From Stylophora pistillata (Eukaryota), in contig NW_019217912.1 in NCBI RefSeq assembly GCF_002571385.2, forward strand, positions 381,380 through 445,379: 64,000 nt of DNA, written 5' to 3'. Below, in pieces: positions 12,601 to 23,924 of this stretch. Positions within the stretch are counted from its first letter, which is position 1. Each line of letters begins with the position of its first letter. Below the pieces are notes generated by a model. It worked only from the letters and a program-made list of their open reading frames with translations. It searched no databases and had not been told where the DNA came from. The position numbers and the translations under genes were made by a program.

Positions 12601-15600
12601 TTGGGACTTCCAGTGTCCAGTTTTCCTTGTCCGATTTAATGGCTGGTTACTAAGCTTCGGACAAACTCAACAACGAAAACTATGAAAAAAGTGCGTTGAA
12701 CGAAGACATACCTGTCCACGAATACAATGGCAGCAAAAGGTCAAACATGTCATAAAGGACTAAATTCTCGGTAAAACGTTCACGTGTATTTTATACGTTG
12801 GAAAAACCTAAGGAACAACTTTATTAAGTTTTAGAAATTTCCGCATAATCTGGCGTCTTTTCCACATAATCGTCACTTTCTTCCGCAAATTATTGTCGTA
12901 AATTTCCGCATAACTTTCCGTTTTTTCCGCACCCTATCAGTTGGCCTGTCTTTACAAAAAGGCATAGCTTTCTTTAATGTCTCATATAGCCTTACCTGGT
13001 CTTCTTGACGTATGCAGCAAGTGTGAGGAACACTGCACTCTTCAGGAGAAGGCCCACCACATACGAAGTAGCGATTGGTGTCCCAGTCATTAAGACCTGT
13101 GCTTCCACAACACTTGAACTGTCAAATCAAAATGCGACAATTATACTGCAAGACAAATTTAGTTTTAGACATACCCCATGCATGTATTCTTAAAGAACAA
13201 TGATAATAATGTGAAGGTGTAGTCTGATCGTCCGGGTGAGTGTAGTCCTGAGAAGGACTGTTGTCGGTGGTAGTGACTGACGTTTCGACAACCTGTGCGG
13301 AAGTCATCATCAGAGTCAAGTGAATGATTGTTGTCAGTAGAATGTTCTTTTTCCATTTCGTGTGAAATGAAATACTTACCAACCACAACATTGACAGGGA
13401 CTCTGCCCAATGCCTCACCTACAGCACTGACTATTTTCAACGACTAACTCTGGAAAGCTCAGGTTTACTAACTTAGAACAGACTCCCCTAAACAGATGTC
13501 AACAACTACCCGCTCCATACAAACGACTCATTCACGACATAAACATCACAAACGACCGAAAAAGAACGACCTAACTTTACCGACAGATCGAAACAGACCA
13601 ATCACGACCGACTTACGTCACTTGAGTCTTACAGCCAATAACATCACGGCAAAACCAACCGATCATTTCACACGAACTGGAATAAGAACATTCTACTGAC
13701 GACAATCATTCACTTGACTCTGATGATGACTTCCGCACAGGTTGTCGAAACGTCAGTCACTACCACCGACAACAGTCCTTCTCAGGACTACACTCACCCA
13801 AACGATCAGACTACACCTTCACATGTTACCCCCGGGTTCAAACCCTTTACTGCAATGATAATAATGCTGATAAAGATAGCAGTACACATCTCTGTAGAGA
13901 ATATAGTCAATTGCCATTTATAATTATACTACTAAAATGAAATAAAAAGTTAAATGTTAAAGTTATATTCACTTTGAAACTAAGAAACCATTATACTACA
14001 ATCTGGCATGAATTAAGAATAAAAGTAAAATACAACTGTAGAAGCCAAACTCTACACCTTGATACAACACATCCCCCTCAAAATAACATTGGATCAAAGA
14101 CTAGCTATTGATCACAAAGAATATGAACAGCAGAATGAACTGATCAAAGCTAGAGAAAATTAATTTCTTTGGTTACCACTGAGAGGAAGAAAGACTCCAA
14201 GTACTAGTCATCATACATGTGCATGAATGAATGCTCGGCCATAAAAAAATTTGTCAATGTACAGTGCAGTTTGATATTGCACCCACAAAGACATTTTCTC
14301 TCTAATGTTTACAGAGTTATATAAAGATGTGTAGAATATACTTACACCCTCTTGGACAGCATCAATTGCATTTTGAAGGTCAGGATCATCTCTGTACTTC
14401 TCAATTGCTTTCTTAAACTGATTGTCCACAGATTTCTGAACCTGTTGTTTCAGGTATCAATATTAACATTACAGTTTGTATTCAGTGTGCGCATCCAGGG
14501 CTCGACACTAACTTTTCAACTTACTAGCCAAGTGGCTATTGACAACTTACATGTTACAACAATTTCAGTTTGTTTACTAGCCAAACTGGCTCATGGAAAC
14601 TGAAAACCAACAACCAAAACTGAATTTCTACTAGTCTGTGGCTAGTTGGCTACCATTAGTGTCAAGCCCTAGCATTGGCAATGTACCACAGGTGAACTAA
14701 ATTTTCACTGTTATCTAAGGAAATCCTTCTACTTGCTGAATTTTAAAGAATTCCAAGCGATTTTGGGGGGTAATAAGTCCGAGATACAAAATGTACCACA
14801 GCAGGTTAAGTTTACTGGTTACTGGATAAAAAAATGAAGACTGAATGATGTAAATACATGTACATGTAGATCGTACAAGTTGAAAAGGGATAATTTCCCT
14901 CATTCTTCATAAGCAAAAATGTACAAAGACTGCACTTACATTAGTAGATATATGTATTAAAAATTGCATGAAATGCAATGTGCATGCCATGGTCAGCTCT
15001 CAAATTGGTCAACATGGCATGCATAAAAGGGATACAGATTGTAAGACAGGAGTACTGCATTACACTCTGCTGGAAAGAATGCTTACAAAGATAACTACAA
15101 ATGAGGATTTTTATTTTCAATAACATGTGATTCCAAGAAAAACATACATGCCTTTTCAAACCTCTGGAAAGTGTTTCAAGTCATGTGCATAAGGGGATAA
15201 AAATGTAGCCTTTGTACATTAACTGATCTTTATCGAGAATTATATTGAGCAAAAAAGCAGCATGAACTGAGCCTGAATATCATAATATACTGTATGATCA
15301 GTAGTGAGCTTTTTGAAAAACTTTTAAATGGCACTTACATACCACTCATGCATTTACATGTACGAAAACTTAACAACCATTACTTGCACTTAAAACTCAT
15401 GCAATACTCTAACATAGAAGAAAATCCCTAAAACATTATTAAAGTTAATTACCTCAGGCCAAAATGCAAAAGCAAGCAGTCCTGCTATCACTTCCAAAAT
15501 GACAATGATTATCATGACTATCATGTACTAAAAAAGAGCAGAAAAGAAATCAAAGTTAACAGTCAGATATGGTGCAATAAGTACGGGTAAATTTTCACGT

Positions 15601-18600
15601 AAGAGGGAATGCTAGCACCTCTATAATAAGTGTTGCAATGAAAAAGTATGTAATCAACAACATGTACATGCCAGAAAAATAAATATGTACATAAAAACCT
15701 TTGCCATTTTAAACTGCATGCAAATGCACCATGTACGGTATCTTTCTGCACAAGCACACTATTACACTGTGCATGCATGCTTATGTTTTAACAATGTTAC
15801 AAAAATAACAGAGTGTAGGGTTGGGATGGCATTATAAAAAGCAACAGATGTAGTGTACAGTGCAACCAAGATACAGATACATGTAGCACATATGTAGTAA
15901 ATAAATTTGTAACAATCATATGTCTAAAAATGCATGCTTCAAGTAGTATACATTACTATAAAAATTTTACTGCCATCATAATCACAGAGAAATATAAAGA
16001 ATGTAGCCAGGGCTCGACACTAACTTTTCAACTTACTAACCAAGTGGCTAGTGACAACTTAGATGGTAAAGCAATTTCTGTTTACTAGCCAAACCGGCTG
16101 GTGGAAATTGAAAACCACTAGCCAAAACTGAATTTCTACTAGTCTGTGGCTAGTTGACTACCATTAGTGTTCAGCCCTGGTAGACCGACGTGCGAATCTA
16201 AAATGCAACATAAAATGAGCTCACTGTTCTGAGAAAGCATATGTTCTCCCTTAGAGCACCAACTGTACCAAAAAAGGAAATAAAGAAGATGAAAAAACCA
16301 ACAACAATTATCACAATTGCTGGATCAGTTGAAATGCTGGAGAATTCTTTGTAGTCACTCTTTTGTGTCACTGCCCAGAAGCCAATACCCATCATAACAC
16401 CACCAATACCCTGCAAATAACAGCAAAGAAATAAAACAATCAACCTTTGCACCTTTGCACATCAGTATGGATTTTCTCTACACTGTTTCTTATACATTAC
16501 CTTACATGCTGACACGGAGAATTTATAAAATAATCAACAGCTCCTTTGGATGGTGACCTTTCTTTTATTTTGGTGACCTTAACGTGTGATTAAGGATGTA
16601 GTGTAAGGAAAAATTAGATGCTGGTCACTCACAGAGGTCAAAGAGTTAAGGCATTAAAAGTGTCAGTACCTGAGAAACTTAACTGAAAAGCAATAACTTT
16701 ACAATAGTTTGTTTTTAATGAAGCTGTTTTGCTGCCTTGCAGAGGAAGTGAAGTGAAGTACGGTGTACATTAGTATGCATCTTTAGTATAATTTCAGAGC
16801 TGAGCATAGAGTTTCCAGGACTCTGATTGGTTGAGCGGTTCCTTGTATGATGCTACATAAACCGCTCCACGTGGTTTACATAAAATGTTAAAATAAAATG
16901 TTAATAAATGTTACTAAAATGTTATGATTTTAGAAATTTCTTTGTTGTTCAGCTCTGAAATTATACTAAAACAATTATTCACCTCAGGTTCGGTGAATAT
17001 CGTTGAATAATCTCCTCGACTTTTTCTCCGGGATTATTCGACAATATTCAACTTGCCTTCGGCACACGATTGTTAAGTATAATATAAAATGTATAAAAAT
17101 ACATATAATATACCTTGGTGTCCTTACGATAATCAAATCAAAATTATCTTGGACAGGACACTTATCCCATCTAAATAAAGGATTTATCCCAGGACATTTA
17201 TCCCATCTAAATTAGGAAGTCTTTGGGCATTTTATCAGGATTGAGACATATTGTCCCATAAACTGTACTGCTTAACATATATCAATCTGTTATTCAACCT
17301 TACTTGTCTTACGGGATTGCAATCTGGGGCCAAGCTGCCCAATCAAATTTGAGAAAAGGTGTTGATTTTGCAAAAATGTGCTCTCCACATATTTTTCAAA
17401 CCCTTAAGATTTCACACTGTAACTTTTTTTAACTTGTTAAACATTCTTCGTCTTCATGTTATCTATTCTTAACTGTTCTTTAATACATGATTTTGCCTCC
17501 AATCTAACACCACCCAACATTTCAGAATTATTTAGTCATTCCTCAGAAAAACACCACTATTAAACAAAGTCTTCAGCAGTTGGCATTCTCGATCTTAAAC
17601 ATTCAAGAACAGAACATACGAAGAAATTCTTTTTCAAGACTGGATGCAAGGATCTGGAATATTATTCCCATCTGTTTGAGTTCTTTAGCTAAATATAAGT
17701 ATTAAATAAATTAGAGGAGATCCACATAAAAGCAGCCAGGCTTATTCATGACCTACCACGCAACCGAGACAACACCTACATCTTACAAAAAGCCAACTGG
17801 CTTCCATTATCATACATGTACAAAAAAGCTATACTAAAACACGTCCACCAAGCTTTTTATCATGCTTGCCCAGCACAAATAACGGAATTGTTTCCTGCGA
17901 AAGCGACAATGTCTAACTCCCGAAGATCTAAACAATTGGTACTGGACAGACCCAGAAAAGAAATAGGCAGACTTTCTTTTCGACACGAAGGAACTATGAT
18001 CTGGAACTCAATTCCCAGTAGCATTAAAGACTATGATAATGTCATTTCGTTCATAAATCGCTTAAAACTATTTTCCAAATTTATTAATAATTTCACCTTT
18101 GAAAAGGAGAGCTCTTTGATCACAAACAAATCGGATCACTTATTATTACTGATATTTTTTTAACTTTTACTCTTTCGCACAAAGTATATTAGGTTTTCTT
18201 TTAGATGTAAACATTGTAAATTAGTGACCCAGGTCCACATCAGCCAATGGCTGCCAGTTTTTTTAACCTGCGAGACCAAATAAAGTATGTATGTATGTAT
18301 GTATGTATGTATGTATGTACATAGACAGCTGCTAAATGCAAGAGGATACTTTTGATGACATCCATTCATTATATGATAAATGTAGAAAAATAATTATAAT
18401 ATTCTTAGTGTTGTTTGAACGTTATCATAGTTTTTTCATTGTTTGTGTATATATATGCTCTCCTAGTCACTTCCTCTGTGGAGTCAAACTTGTTATTGAG
18501 GAATTCATTTTAATGCTTTTTCCCTTCTGCCTCACTTAGCTTAGCGATTTAGTGGGTAGGTATCGTTAGATATGTTTTTTTTTTTTTTTTTAATTGCTAC

Positions 18601-19514
18601 ACAAATAAATTTAGTCGTTTTGTTGTTAGTTGTTGTTGGTTTGTTGTTGAATGGAGTAACCCTTTAGTAACAACTTATACACTTCACAAAATACTAAACC
18701 TCTCCGCTGATTTGAAAGAGATGTTTAGGTCACCTTTAAAATAGGTTATGACCTCATTGCCGTGTAACATCATCAGAAACCAATATTTAACGGCCCCTTT
18801 GTAAATAATTATATTATCCAAAACTTGCTGAAAACTGACTTCATCAATCGATAGTCACATTATCTGCTACATTAACTAATGGTTACGTCAAAAGGCGCTT
18901 GTCTCATTCCAAAATAGATCCTATCGAAAAGCAAACTATAATGTATTCGACTTGTAGTTTAAAAAACCAAATAAAACCGCAGCGCTCCCTATCAATCTAG
19001 CCATCATTGCATGCACTAAGATCGTTTGAGAGAAAGTTAAACCTACTGTCAAATCAAAAACCTTGCGTTAAAAGAAACCTTATTAGAGGAAAAACATGTA
19101 CAGTAGTATTCGACAGGAGCACATACGGTTCCGTTATCAAGGTTCATCATGTCTTATAGGATGTAACTTTCGCGCTCTGATCTGAAGTTCAAGTGCGGTA
19201 TGGCAGACAATTACACGTACGAATCCAGCCTACATAGTCATCTATTTGACGTTCAAGAATAAGGCAAGCCCAACTAGAGGTCTTTTAACACTCAAATTAA
19301 CTATCTCACGACAAATCAGTCCCAGGACTAGAAATAACCACCGAGAAACTGTCATCGTGAGGTCAATAAAGGAAATCGCGCATGTAAAATAGAACTCTGT
19401 CGCTACAAAAATACGATGTGCTGCAAAATCTCAACTACGTACCCAGTAAAGTAGGTTGAACGCAAACAGAGTGTACTTCAGACATCTACTGACTTTTCCT
19501 TCTTCTTCCGCCAT
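9633..19514 (-). CDS. Tetraspanin, TspanC8 subgroup (TSPAN5/14/17/33-like), ~280 aa; exons 19514-19443, 16410-16225, 15527-15453, 14441-14346, 13118-12996, 12073-12032, 10454-10338, 9764-9633
   Basis: MAEEEGKVSRCLKYTLFAFNLLYW; GALRENICFL; YRDDPDLQNAID; EC2 FKCCG...DWDTNRYFVC...ECSVPHTCC...QCG...GCL with 8 Cys; four hydrophobic helices; all introns phase 0, GT-AG. Confidence 0.92.
10694..11526. mobile_element. Non-autonomous DNA transposon (Tc1/mariner-pogo-like MITE) in tetraspanin intron
   Basis: TIRs ctgtatttacccgtgtataatgcgc / gcgcattatacatgggtaaatacgg, flanked by TA. Confidence 0.8.
13274..13318 (-). ncRNA. Minimal type I hammerhead ribozyme motif, inverted copy
   Basis: Exact reverse complement of 13715-13759. 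Confidence 0.8.
13715..13759 (+). ncRNA. Minimal type I hammerhead ribozyme motif (PLE-associated)
   Basis: tgact-CTGATGA-tgacttccgcacaggttgtc-GAAA-cGTC-agtca: stem I tgact/agtca, intact catalytic core. Confidence 0.8.
14496..14672. mobile_element. ~175-bp MITE (hAT-like CAGGG ends), copy 1
   Basis: TIR cagggctcgacactaa / ttagtgtcaagccct; second copy at 16008-16179. Confidence 0.75.
16008..16179. mobile_element. ~175-bp MITE, copy 2
   Basis: Highly similar to 14496-14672, ends ttagtgttcagccctg. Confidence 0.75.
16442..16649. mobile_element. TTAA-bounded MITE-like repeat, copy 2
   Basis: Similar to 5156-5364. Confidence 0.65.
16962..17080. repeat. Imperfect palindrome, probably part of a non-autonomous element
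   Basis: tatactaaaacaatt..tgaatatcgttgaataatc / gattattcgacaatattca..gattgttaagtata. Confidence 0.6.
17430..18560 (+). mobile_element. Nested degenerate LINE (CR1/L2-like) 3' fragments
   Basis: 17710-18163 reads LEEIHIKAARLIHDLP..ILQKANWLPLSYMYKK..SFRHEGTMIWNSIPSSIK, typical of the post-RT region, followed by an aaataaa plus (TATG)n tail at 18284-18318. It appears to interrupt a second LINE remnant (SFSRLDARIWN). Confidence 0.7.
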
Positions 19515-19817
19515 ATTTGCAAAAGAGACAACAGTATGTGATGGAATACTTTCGGCTAAATTTTCCTCTTACAAAGCGGCCGGGGTGGTGCTGCGTTTGT
19601 ACAGAGACGCCGATATTTGCATATATTTGCATATATGCATACCCAAATTCTAGTTCACACTCCAGCGGTTGTGACGTCATACGGACTGGAATAAATCAAA
19701 AATATGCTGCCGCATCCTTCATATTTGAGAGAACCCTCTTCGATATTCCTCCAAATGAATATGATTAAAAAATGTGGTTACTGCAATAATTAGATGATAA
19801 CAAAAAACTACCAACAA

Positions 19818-19828
19818 TAAAAATAATA

Positions 19829-19869
<41 letters not shown>

Positions 19870-19870
19870 T
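19818..19870. repeat. (AAT)n microsatellite
   Basis: Direct read. Confidence 0.95.
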
Positions 19871-20089
19871 GTGATAACAATAGCAGTAGTAAATACTTTT
19901 GTTCTTGGGCCATCGTAATTTGATCAAAAATAAGACACAAACAGTAGTGATAAACATATTGAACTTGCACATTTTGATTATGACTTGACGTTTCGTATGT
20001 ACTCAACATGCATTTTCAAAAGTAAGCTATGTATATATATTACTAAGGTGAGGGGACTGGAACCAATATTAAGCAAAAACTTAATAATT

Positions 20090-20226
20090 AACAATTGGTT
20101 CATGCTTTAGCGTGCACTATCGAGTTATGGAGCACGCGGGAAGTTTCGAGAGCACGAAAGAAGCGTAAGAGTTGCCACGTGCTCCATAACTCGATAGTGC
20201 ACAGCTGAAAGCATCAACCAATTGTT
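20090..20226. repeat. Long hairpin/palindrome within a non-autonomous repeat
   Basis: aacaattggttcatgcttt..gtgcactatcgagttatggagcacg / cgtgctccataactcgatagtgcac..aaagcatcaaccaattgtt. Confidence 0.8.
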
Positions 20227-20600
20227 TTAGAACATAGCCGGTGGAATTGTGCATCAAATGCGACGCGAAAAACGGACAACAATATCAGTTGAAGCGAATC
20301 GTGACGGCGCTGATGCCGAGTCTCCTTTTCCTTTGTTTTTCTCTTTTTCTGCCTCATTTAAGAACTCTAGCCCATGGGAAAAGGTCGAAACATTGTCTTC
20401 GTTTTCGGACTAGCAGGCCGAGTTTCTGTTTGTATCCATTATTGTCGCGAAATGTATTATTTTTCCCCGCACTAGCAATGGTCGCTCGCGCGAAAAAAAA
20501 AAATTCTGGCGAAGTCGGATTTGCTGACGCTATCAGCGTGCACTATCGGGATTTTGAGCACGCTTACGTATAATGAATTTGATTGCGCGACTCTGCTAGC

Positions 20601-21150
20601 TTGCTCAAATAGCGCTATCTACTGCGAGGATCGTCCATCATACGTATCAAATACCGCAGTTCAAAATATATGATTTTCATATATTTATTCTATCTCATTT
20701 ATCACTTTCACGGGTTCATTACGAATCAACTTAACGGCCTGCTCTCAGTTGGCTTGTTAGCTCAATTGGTTAGAGCGCTGCACTAGTATCGCAGAGGTCA
20801 GTGGTTCGAGTCCCGTACAGGCCTGATTTTTTTCAGGTCTGAATTTCGCTATTGCTCAAATAGCGCTATCTACTGCGAGGATCGTCCATCATACGTATCA
20901 AATACCGCAGTTCAAAATATATGATTTTCATATATTTATTCTATCTCATTTATCACTTTCACGGGTTCATTACGAATCAACTTAACGGCCTGCTCTCAGT
21001 TGGCTTGTTAGCTCAATTGGTTAGAGCGCTGCACTAGTATCGCAGAGGTCAGTGGTTCGAGTCCCGTACAGGCCTGATTTTTTTCAGGTCTGAATTTCGC
21101 TATTGCTCAAATAGCGCTATCTACTGCGAGGATCGTCCATCATACGTATC
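20601..21150 (+). mobile_element. Tandem array (~2.2 x 251 bp) of a tRNA-derived repeat
   Basis: Units start at 20601, 20852 and 21103 and appear identical; each full unit carries an internal tRNA-like segment. Confidence 0.88.
20751..20824 (+). tRNA. tRNA-Thr(AGT)-like segment within the repeat, probably pseudo-tRNA; second copy at 21002-21075
   Basis: A box tagctcaattgg, B box ggttcgagtccc, anticodon loop ct-agt-at; mismatches in acceptor and anticodon stems. Confidence 0.6.
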
Positions 21151-21770
21151 CATTATTGTCGCGAAATGTATTATTTTTCCCCGCACTAGCAATGGTCGCT
21201 CGCGCGAAAAAAAAAAATTCTGGCGAAGTCGGATTTGCTGACGCTATCAGCGTACACTATCGGGATTTTGAGCACGCTTACGTATAATGAATTTGACTCT
21301 GCTAGCTATGTTCTAATAAACAATAACACTAGAACAGATTAAAAGCAACAGCTTTTCACTTCCGACGTTCACGTTGAAAGCTGGCTCAAGTTCTTGAATA
21401 GGTAAGGACTCTTTGATTTTACAATGGCAGCCTGTTTTGCCCTTTGCCAAAATATCAAAGTGATCCCACTTGATATCAAATAGTAGTAGTAATGAAAACT
21501 AGAAAGCGGAAAATCAGAAATCGGGCACTAGTGTCCAAATCCAAAATCGGCCACGAGTGTCCAAAATCCGAAATCGGTCGCCAGTGTCCAAAATCCAAAA
21601 TCGGCCGAACGACCGAAGATGTCCGAAACAAACAAAAGCCAAGAGCGTGGAATATCGGGTAAAACTCGGCAGACTTCGTTGTGGGTTAAGAGGTCATTCG
21701 TATTCTATTGTTAAACTCACCCACTCATCAGAACAACATTATGGCTACGCCTCCATGGAAGGCAGTAGAA

Positions 21771-22320
21771 AGGGGGACATGGGGGGTTCTAAATACCGCA
21801 ACACCGAAAACAAAATAGAACCGGCAAACACCGCATCACCGCAAGAAATATTATCAATACACCGACACCGCGATATAGCCCAAGTCTCAGGATTTACCTG
21901 GTCTGGTTTCACTCATCTTTACCATGCGCCTAGTCTTTGGCTGGCCGCGGCGTGTGATGGAGGTCCAGAGGTCAAGTAAAATATTAACGAACACTGCCTG
22001 GGGTTAATCAGCTAATGTTTATTAAAAATTAACTTGGATGTGTTACTTATTGAGTTCGGTAATTAACGACGGGTTATGAAAACCTAGTTTTTAAAAGGGT
22101 TAAGGAATAAACTGCAACACCGGAAATGGTTTATTTCACAGAACACTGTCGATTCTGAAATTACGGTACAAACATTGTACACCGTGAGGTTTGAGATCTC
22201 TGCAACATCGCTATGCGAGTTGTCTTCGCCGCAAAAGTAAATTTGAATTTGAACTCCCCTTTTGACATCCCATTAAGAAAAGGGTCAACAACGCAACATC
22301 GCAAACTCCAATGTCCCCCT
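21771..22320. mobile_element. MITE-like element with short TIRs
   Basis: agggggacat ... atgtccccct with subterminal gcaacaccg/gcaacatcgc repeats. Confidence 0.5.
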
Positions 22321-23618
22321 TAAAAGCCATGACTAGGAGAGTAGGGCGTTATCTAAGTGTTGCAAATAGCATAGAGAAATTCGAAATGAATGAAGAAAGG
22401 GAAGCCAAAAAGGGAGAAACTCAATCATCACGGGAGTGCTGATGAACGCCGCTCGCTGAGCGATTATTTCGCCCAAAATCACCTATTTTAAAAGAGACTT
22501 CTCCAGCGATACCAGAAAAGGAGAGTTTTGAGAACAAAAAGTTTCCAGAGATGCTTTCGTGGTACAGGAAGTCGGAGATTGTGACCTCCCTGTCCCCTGT
22601 CCCCCTTCTTAATAGATAAGACAGTGTACGCCTTATGCCTCTCAATATTGTACAATGTAATAGAACATCCTGCACAGAGTGTTGATCCGGGCAGAGTGCT
22701 CATGATCAAGATATATTACTCCCCGGATCCACACAAAAATTGTTCAAGCTTTTCACAGAGCAGTCGCCGAATCATAGTTCTTAGTTTATTTTGTGTTTTC
22801 TTCAAAATTGCCTCGGGAAACATTCTATTTATATTTTATGATCTAGCAGCGCTCAACTAGCAATGCACACAACTAATTTTTCTTTAAGTATGCGGAGATC
22901 TTCTAATCCACGTCGTTCAGGCTTTCGATAGAAAATCAGAATCTAAAAATGTTCCCTGTGTTATGAAGAAGTTTATAATGTCATCTGTGTATTTAGACTT
23001 TGCGAGTGAGGGCAGTGGGCGGCCTTAATCACGACCGTAGATATAGATCGATAAATCCCCATTTTAGGGTTCCATGCATGTTGACAACCGTTAAAAATAA
23101 GAACTGCCAAATAATCAGGTGAATAAAATCAAGTCTTCAGTCTTATTCATTAACCAGTTATCATGAGAGCTCTCTCTCGCTCTCTCTTTCTCCCTCTGCA
23201 GTGATCTTTACTATCCACAGCGCCAACGTTGAGTTTCCTTGCATATGACCTCCTTGATTTATCTTTGATGGAATCAGAAAGAAAGAGTGTTCAGTAACAT
23301 GTAAGAAAAATAAAATTGGGTGAAATATGGCCTAAGACTTTAACTATAGCAATCGGACAAGCATATGTAGAGTTCTGGTCTTGGGTTTGAACATAAAAAT
23401 CGTCATCTGAGTTAATTGCATCGAGCTCAGCTAAGCGGAATTATTTATTGTGAGGCATGATATGTATTCTTATTTATTTTTGCTTATGCACACAGCACGT
23501 TTGAATTATATAAGCTTATGACAACGTTTTGCATACAATATTGAGCAACAAAGTTGGGATTTTTATCAAGGATGGCAGAAACCCTTCTTGAAAATGTTTG
23601 AAGTGACAGTGTAGACTT

Positions 23619-23833
23619 TAATGAACTCTTTAGACCCTAACATCAGTAGCTATATTCTCCATACTCCTCTACATACATTTCTTTTGGCACTGACCAAGAG
23701 AATTGTTATAAAAATCAAAGCTTGTTAGGCTGACGATCATTTCCTTTATTCTCATGACCTCAGTGAGAGACCCAGCTGTACTATACTGTAAGGAGAAATT
23801 AGATGCTGGTCACTGTTAGGGTTTACAGGATTA
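23619..23833. mobile_element. TTAA-bounded MITE-like repeat, copy 3
   Basis: Similar to 5156-5364. Confidence 0.65.
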
Positions 23834-23924
23834 AATCAGGATCGTCTATGCACAACCTGCTCTTCTCACCAGCCACTTAACTTTATATCTGAACAATGAA
23901 ATATCACCTGTTTGCTTTATAACG

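Larger units (their letters stand above)
13212..13852 (+). mobile_element. 5'-truncated Penelope-like retroelement with inverted terminal repeats and GIY-YIG C-terminal remnant
   Basis: ~140-bp inverted repeat (13210-13349 vs 13683-13824); internal remnant HNIDRDSAQCLTYSTDYFQRLTLES/FTNLEQTPLNRCQQLPAPYKRLIHD; 14-bp direct repeat caatgataataatg at 13198-13211 and 13853-13866. Confidence 0.85.

Noticed and set aside
13122-13923. ORFs with MTLMMTSAQVVETSVTTTDNSPSQDYTHP
   Set aside because: Translations of the Penelope terminal repeat, not genes.
19719-20009. Poly-Leu ORF resembling a membrane protein
   Set aside because: Produced by the (AAT)n microsatellite.
20751-21075. Functional tRNA-Thr genes
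   Set aside because: Embedded in a dispersed repeat and have stem mismatches; treated as pseudo-tRNA.
20601-21606. CRISPR-like array
   Set aside because: Repeats have no unique spacers, no cas genes are present, and the context is eukaryotic.
21557-21979. 140-aa ORF
   Set aside because: GTG start, spans short tandem repeats and a MITE; no recognisable coding signal.
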